A DNA stretch of 64,000 nucleotides. It comes from the human T2T-CHM13v2.0 reference genome, Homo sapiens. Positions 57,067 through 64,000 of this stretch are shown in pieces; position 1 is the stretch's first letter; each line of letters begins with the position of its first letter. The stretch lies in the NCBI RefSeq assembly GCF_009914755.1, contig NC_060927.1, one strand, 5' to 3'. Under the pieces are notes generated by a model. It made no database searches. It saw only the letters and a program-made list of their open reading frames with translations, and was not told where the DNA came from. The position numbers were made by a program, and so were the translations under genes.

Positions 57067-57704
57067 AAAAGAACCTTGTGGGTTCCCTTCACAAACTGTT
57101 TTCTTTGGCCTAAATTCTCTTGTTACTATTTTCTTCCTGCAGAACCCCTAGTCATTTTCCAAACCGTGGCACAGTTACGACTTTCTCTGAAATCATATAA
57201 TAAAAATTAAGTATCCCTTTATTATCTTTTACATATGTTTATTACTAAGCACATATTTTGTTGATATGCCTACCTTTTCCACTCTTTGTAACTTCTGAAT
57301 CTAAATCATGACTTGTTAAGCTTTGTAATCCTGGTGCCTAGGATAAAATAGAGTAGGTCTCAGTAAGTGGACCATTGAATACATACTTGACTAGTTAATG
57401 GATAAATTAATAAGTGTTTATGTGTGTCTTTAAAGTTATGTATTTAGCAGTGATATAAATGAAAGTTGTATAATAAAATACTTGATGTCTAACATGCTCC
57501 AACTTATGAGACTTGCTTATTTACTGCTATCTGAGTTTGAGCAAGTTTTTTGTCCAACTAGGTTCAGAAGTTGTGATAGAAACAGGACTGGTAGGGAAGT
57601 CTCAGTTGTTAACTGGGTCAGACAGAAAATGAACTGGGTTCAGTAGAAACAGGACTGGGTCCTACAAAGAGGCCTCCATTGTCTGACTGAATCAGACACA
57701 CGAA

Positions 57705-58040
57705 AAACTGGGAGATGAAGAGAAGATTGTTAATGGGTACAAAAATACACTTAGATAGCAGGAATACCAGCATTTGATAATACAATAGGAAAATTATAGG
57801 TAACAATAACTTATTACATATTTCAAAATAGCTAGGAGAAAAAAATTGTAAAGTCCTGAAAACAAAAATAAAATAAAAATATAAAAAATAAAATACAAAA
57901 ATATTTGAGGTAATTACCCTTATTTAATTATAACACATTCTATACAGGTATCACAATATCACATAGGTGATAATAGTTGTACCCAAAATAGGTACAACTA
58001 TTGTGTATTAATAATAAATAAATAAAAATTTAAAAATTAC
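57705..58040 (+). mobile_element. L1MA 3' end fragment
   Basis: GTTAATGGGTACAAAAATACACTTAGATAG..ATATTTCAAAATAGCTAG; A-rich tail. Confidence 0.82.
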
Positions 58041-61000
58041 ACAAGAAAAAAGGTATACTGAAAATGACTTTATTAATACATTTAATAAGAATGTCATCAT
58101 AGCTAACTCAAATTTTTATTTTATATTTTGTTAGTTTTGAAGATATTGTACCTAGAGTGATCCTCTGAATGTGACTAGCTGCTTACTGGCTGTCATTCAT
58201 GAACCTGGAATATATACATTTTCTAAAAATTACAGATTTTAAACACTTTTCTAATACATTCTAGCTTTTTATTACATCTAATGCTTCTTGTTCTTGCACC
58301 ATAAAAATGCAATACTCAAATAACTTTTTGAAAATGTTAACAGTTTATAATTTTATTGATGAAAGGACAGCCATACTCTTTGCTCCACAAATGGAAAGTG
58401 TTTTCACTTTTAGATATATCAACAGCGATTAGAATAATCAATTCAATGATTCTTTAATTTCTAAATTACATATTTTCCTCTAGTAACCTTTTATACACAT
58501 CTGCCTTCATCATTTGACAATTTATGACGCATAGCAACTAAATTTTGGTACAGAAACATCCCAAATTATGAAAGAATACATGTATGTGGGATAGTCCAGG
58601 TTCTTGTTCCCAAATGTTGTGCATTGAAGTTATTTTTATTGACTACATGAATGAAAATACCATATTTCCTTTGTTTATAGAAATATTCTGTTCATTTACT
58701 TATTGATTCTCAAGTTTGATAAATTTCCTCTGATGATACATAGCTTGGGACTGTGCTAAGATGATAAATTTCACCATTATTTTTAGAATCTGGACAAGAG
58801 AGTTGTTCTCTGTCTCTTTGCAGTCATATTCTGATTTATCTAACAATTATGAAATGTTTCCAATTGTTATTTTTTTCTCTTTGAGCTTATGGCCAGAAAA
58901 CAAAGACCGGAATTCTTAACTGTGTTCAATAAATGCTTTAAAAGTATTTAAAAAAACAAACAAAGAAACAAATAAAAAAACTGAACAGGGTTCAGTAGGT
59001 AGGTAAGGTTACTGGAAGACAGGGAATCATGGGTTCACCTGGATTCAGGGAGTCTAGAACTCCACCTTCTGGAACTTTATCCAGGGCTAGTTTGTACCAT
59101 GAGAGAGCACATGACCTTGGGGTGGTCAAGGGTCAGTCTGTACTGTGGAAGAGCCTATGACCATTTTATGGGTGTGTGGTAGCTGTTTGAGTCAGACAGA
59201 AACTGGATTGGGTCCAAAGTCTGGAACACTTCCCTTTGAAACTCAAATTTTATGTAAAAAAATTTCTAGAATGTGCACTCATTAGAGAAATGAGTGAACC
59301 TTACCAAAGGTAATTTGGAATTACAGTGACCCAAACTAGGAAGCTTTAGTTTGGGTAAAATTGTTTATTTGTGGGATACATTTAGAAAATGACTTTTTAA
59401 ACCCAGAAACAATAATATTTGCAGATTTGCCATAGAGCATTTAAAACACTAAAAACAGGAGAAAAAAAAAAAGAAAAAATAGGCTTTTTATAGAGATTGA
59501 CTCCTTAGATCAATGGAGTCTGCTTCTGTAAGTTACACCTTGAGTTCAGAACAATAACAATAGTAAACTGTATCCTAATCCAACATAGAAGAGGCTTTTT
59601 GAATCCCATTCGTTAATGAGCTCCACCCTGAACTCAGTAATTTAATTGAAAGATCACGGGCTGAATTGGAAAGCAACCTATTTTTAGTTATTTTGAGACC
59701 TGTCTTTAGTGAAGGAAATTTATACCTGTGGAGAGTCTCCATTCACAGGGCTGTCTCCCTCTCTGCACTGGGAAGAGGGAAGGACTAAATCACTAGAGGC
59801 TTTTATGATGTAAAAGGCAAAAAAGACTTGGGCCTATATATACAGCAAGACTCATGTTTGGCCATTTTGTGTCAATGAGGTTTTCCATTTATGTCTTTCT
59901 TTGTCTCAGCTGGTTATGATATTTAGTATATTTAGTCCAAAATCTGATTACAGTGATCAACCTAATTAGTAATCACTTAGGGCAATAATTAGTCAGGTCA
60001 ATCAAGGAAAGGCCAGGGGTCCCTTGACTCAACCTGCTTGCTGAAATGAGTAAAGTGATCAAGAGGTGAAGAAAATATACTCAGAATGAATTGTTTTTGA
60101 GAAAGTTGAATGGACCTTAGAAGAATAGATGATGGTTTGTAGCAAGGTTTGTCTGGGTGTGGTAAAATCTCTCCTGCGATAAGAGTTAATCTTCAGAGGA
60201 GTGATGATAGTTGAGTCTGTTTGACGGCTCTGTCTTTAGGATGATAAGGGGAATTCAGAAGGACTTGCCTTGCCTACCTACCTGTTGGTAATTACCCACT
60301 CACTAGTATCTGCAAATGAACAGTGGAATTGAACTCCTCATGCCAACTATTTTTGATGCCATTTATCTAGTACCAGACAGAGTGCTGGTTCATAATTTAA
60401 TAATCTATAATGAATAAATTCTTTAAGTGAGACTTTTTTTTCACATGATTAAAAATGCTAGGTATATTTGGGTCTGTTAATAAACATTAAAAGGTTTGTA
60501 AAAAATGTTAATATACAACCGTTCAGAATTGTATATTTTTTAGGTTGTCACTAGAAATTAAGGTCACCAAGAATAAAAAATTCTAATTAAAACTAGAAAA
60601 TTAAAATTCTAACTAAGACTAGAAAACTAGAAATAATAACAAAGAATTAAATGAGGAAAGTGAGACATGTTTTTGGTAAGTGAAGCTATAAGGTATGAAA
60701 GATATGTCTTTTGTTGAGGAGAAGTAATTTTGTCTAGTTTGGAGGGTATTTAAAACTTGTTTCAGAGTGAGTAAATGAAGGAAGGGATGATAGGTAATGT
60801 ACAAAAAGGTTGTAGGTTTGTGGAAGATAAATCATGTCAAAGGAATCTTGCGTGTGATCAAGCCGGCTAAAATTAGAAGGGAACCTTTTATAAGTTTTTC
60901 CAAGAATTGAGCATTAATATCAAAAGTACACTGATGCAAAATTAGAGTTTGGTTTCTTATGTTAAAACAAGGTTTTCTTGGAGAAATGATCTGCTCTTAA

Positions 61001-62269
61001 TAGAAAATAGAGCTTTAAAAGATCTTTTGATTACTTAGGAAAATTGTGTTTTCTCTACCAATGAGCTGGAGTTTCTTTTTTATAGCTATGTGGCTTCTGC
61101 TATTAGCCCTTAAAGTCTTTTGATTTTCATTTTGGTTAAATGAATGATATTACTTCCACAGTGATCTGTAATCTTATTTTGACCAAGAGTTTTAAACCTT
61201 TGATATTTTTGACAAGCTTCCTAAAGTCAAGTTCTAGTTTAGGGTTTTTGACTTCAATCTAATTTTGGAACATTCCAGAAGAACCCCAGAGTGTCTGAAA
61301 GAGATATATTAAACTAATTAGGCATATTTCATATATTACATTATATATTATTTTATATAATAAATTATATATTAAACTAATTAGGCTTATTTAACAATTA
61401 AATTACATTGTCAAAATAAATAATGCTAAACCTTCTTTAAGTTGTATTGATATAGACATGTTATAAAGGTGTTTCAGAAATTGTATGAAATTCATAGAAA
61501 TTTAATAGTCTTTGCATAACAATTTTGGTAATAATTCTACTCATTATTTTAATATGTTATGTCCAATAGAGGTAACCAAATTATCTTGTCAATTGCTGGT
61601 TATAACAAACTCTCATCAGATTTTTGTCATGGCTATTCTAAGCCTTTGTAATTCACAGTTATAGTTTTGATTTTTCTCTAAAAGTATTTGCAACCAGCTA
61701 TAGTGTAAAAAGTGTTTTTTTCTTCAAGAAAGTTCATGGAAAGGACTTTAGTACAGGTTTTTGATAACTTTAAGATCATACCACTAGATTGGATACAGAT
61801 TTCAGGAACTTGTGTTGATTGTTTCATAAAACTAACTCAACATCAAAAAGAATAAAAATTCATTGAATATCAAGAAAATGTTTCGGCAGCTTTTCATGCA
61901 AGGTCAGCCAATGCTGAAATTGTTAAGATGTTCAAATTAAATAAACTTCCTAAGATCGATCCAATAAAATTCTTCTATGATAATTTATTAAACAGTGCAA
62001 TGCACCTGATTTAGAAAAGCAAGGTTTGTATCTGAAAGGATACAAATTTTTATCAAGAATGGACTCACAGAGGGCCCAGACAGCTGCCTATTTCTTTCTG
62101 AGTCCTGGAGGCTTCCATTATTAAGATTCTTGCACTTCACGACTCATCACAAAATAGGCAAGATGATTCAAATTACTAACAAATATTGATGGAATGACTA
62201 ATAAAATTGCTAAAATAGTTTATGGCTCCTGTTTGGTTTTTCAAATACATCATCCCAGGAGGACAATAA

Positions 62270-63050
62270 AAGCTTCAGGTGCTACATTTATGCTATCTAA
62301 TGAACAATTTGAACATTTACAAACGGATTTCACTCAATTGCCACTTTCAATGGGTATAAATATGATCTTGTAATAGACTATGTTCTCTGGTTATATAGAG
62401 GCTTTCCATGCAGGAAGGCCAATGTTATAACAGTGGCTGAAAAGTTATTTGAAAGTGTGTTTTCTTTATGGGGCATTCCTGGAAAAATCATCAGTAATAG
62501 TGGTACTAATTTTATTGGAAAAATTATAAAACAGTTTAACAGGGTGTTACTAACAATAGCTTTGCCACTGTTCCTATCATTCTCAGTCCTCTGTGACTAG
62601 AAAGAATAAATAGAATTTTGAAATTTTAATTGGCAAGGTCAATTGGATTGCCTTGGCCAAGTTATAATCATTATGAAATAGTTACTGGAAGGCCTGTACC
62701 CTTAATACATGTGTCTCCTGCTTTTCTAAATTGTGATATGGCCAAATGTTATATGACTTTTATATATTATACCAGGTTGTATTTTCACCAGATAAAGGAG
62801 GTTTTCATGATTCACCAACTGATGATATCCAGACCTTTCATATCTAGAACCCAGAGACTGGGTCTTCAGATGGAAGTGGCATCTGAAAGGACTGTCCTTG
62901 AACCCTATTGGAAAGGGCCATTCCAGGTTCTTTTAGCACCTATACTTCATTAAAACTTCAGGGCATTAAACTTTGGGTTTAAATTTTATAATTTAAAAGG
63001 GCCTCTCCAGAGCCTTAGAACTGTCCACCTATTGGAGACTTTCAGGTAAA
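62270..63050 (+). pseudogene. ERV integrase remnant
   Basis: Broken D-containing core motif LQTDF and a C-terminal GPF motif (ORF 62630-62953). Confidence 0.78.
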
Positions 63051-63512
63051 GCTGACCAGGCAAGGTTTTTCCCTAAAAGTAGATGACTTGTTGGATGTGG
63101 ACAGCTTTTCCCCAAGACATTGGAATAAGATTCCTTATCATAATGAGGCTCTTACACCTGTTACCGTTTCCTTGCCTATACCTACTTCTTTTGTTTGACA
63201 AGATAATTTTGTAACTAGATTTCTGGACCCACTTGTTCTCACTCCCTATTTTAATTTAACCCAGCTATAAGTGCTAGATTACTTACTAGCTGAATAGGGA
63301 GGAGTTTGTGCAGTATAATATTTCTGTTGCACATAAATGAATACTTTGGATATTGCAGAGACTTAGTTACAAAAAATTAACATACAAGCTATTTGGTCAA
63401 AATGAAAAGACTCCTTCTCCAGCTTCATTCTTTAATAGATTTGATTTTAGTTGGTTTGGTTCATGAGGAACTTGGCTAAGGAATATACTCCAAATCCTTG
63501 GTATTATTCTTT

Positions 63513-63958
63513 TGTTACCATAACACCAGGCATTCAGTCCAGGTCTTGCTGCTCACCTTACAGAAAGTCAATCACTGAGGCAATTATTATAGCCAAAGAA
63601 GAAGGCTTTAATTGGGTGTTGCAGCCAAGGAAATGGAGATTAGTCTCAAATCCATCTCCCTGATCAACTAAAATTACGGGATTATATAGCAGGGAATAAA
63701 TGTAATAATGTGTGGGAAAACAGGAGCTAGGGAGGGATAAGGAAACAATCATGATGAATGAGGGATCCAACATCTCATTGTCTGGATGTGGTGATCTGGT
63801 GAGTTTCAGTTCTTTGACGCTTTTTGAGAGGTCTGAGGGTCTTTTTCTGAGGAAAGAACTCAGATAAAACAAAGGTAAGCTTCAAGCTTTAAGACTAGAA
63901 GCGTCGATTTTTATGTTTATCCAAAAAAACTGTCTATAGGACTATTATATTGGTTTCA
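63513..63958 (-). mobile_element. Solo LTR (LTR47A-like) inserted antisense in the env remnant
   Basis: TGTTACC...GGTTTCA ends. The reverse complement TGAAACC..ATAGACAGTTTTTTTGGATAAACAT resembles recalled LTR47A. Env-like hydrophobic codons resume afterwards. Confidence 0.75.
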
Positions 63959-64000
63959 CTCATCATAATAGTAGAGCCGCTGGTGCACTGTATTCTTTCG

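Larger units (their letters stand above)
58985..64000 (+). mobile_element. Decayed ERV1 internal region (MER4-group-like), continuing beyond the window
   Basis: Gag MA-like LTKGNLELQ*PKLGSF (~59300-59350). Integrase remnant FEHLQTDFTQLP...WGIPG and EPYWKGPFQVLL (62300-62940). Env TM remnant LDYLLAE*GGVCAV followed by a CC motif (63271-63335). A long AT-rich non-coding spacer is typical of this group. Confidence 0.82.

Overview
This is AT-rich, gene-poor human or great-ape nuclear DNA, dominated by interspersed repeats. I cannot support any intact cellular protein-coding gene, RNA gene or CRISPR array. Main landmarks in order: the 3' ~4.6 kb of a deleted HERV-H provirus ending in an LTR7Y-type 3' LTR (1-4580); a MER11 solo LTR nested in a MER44/Tigger7 element, next to Tigger1 and Tigger2/MER28 elements; a near full-length processed HNRNPA1 pseudogene on the minus strand with 13-bp TSDs (12724-14599); many Alu, L1, L2, MIR, MaLR and hAT copies; and a decayed ERV1 internal region (gag, integrase and env remnants) running off the right edge, interrupted by an LTR47-like LTR. 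Most ORFs in the supplied track are repeat-derived or chance. I did not find a convincing new biological system. The best leads are a ~220-bp inverted duplication inside an ancient L1, a head-to-head Alu pair that appears to use both strands of one endonuclease site, a pseudogene ORF cut to a UP1-like two-RRM product, and candidate non-coding exons downstream of the HERV-H. Repeat subfamily names come from recalled consensus sequences and need RepeatMasker/Dfam confirmation.
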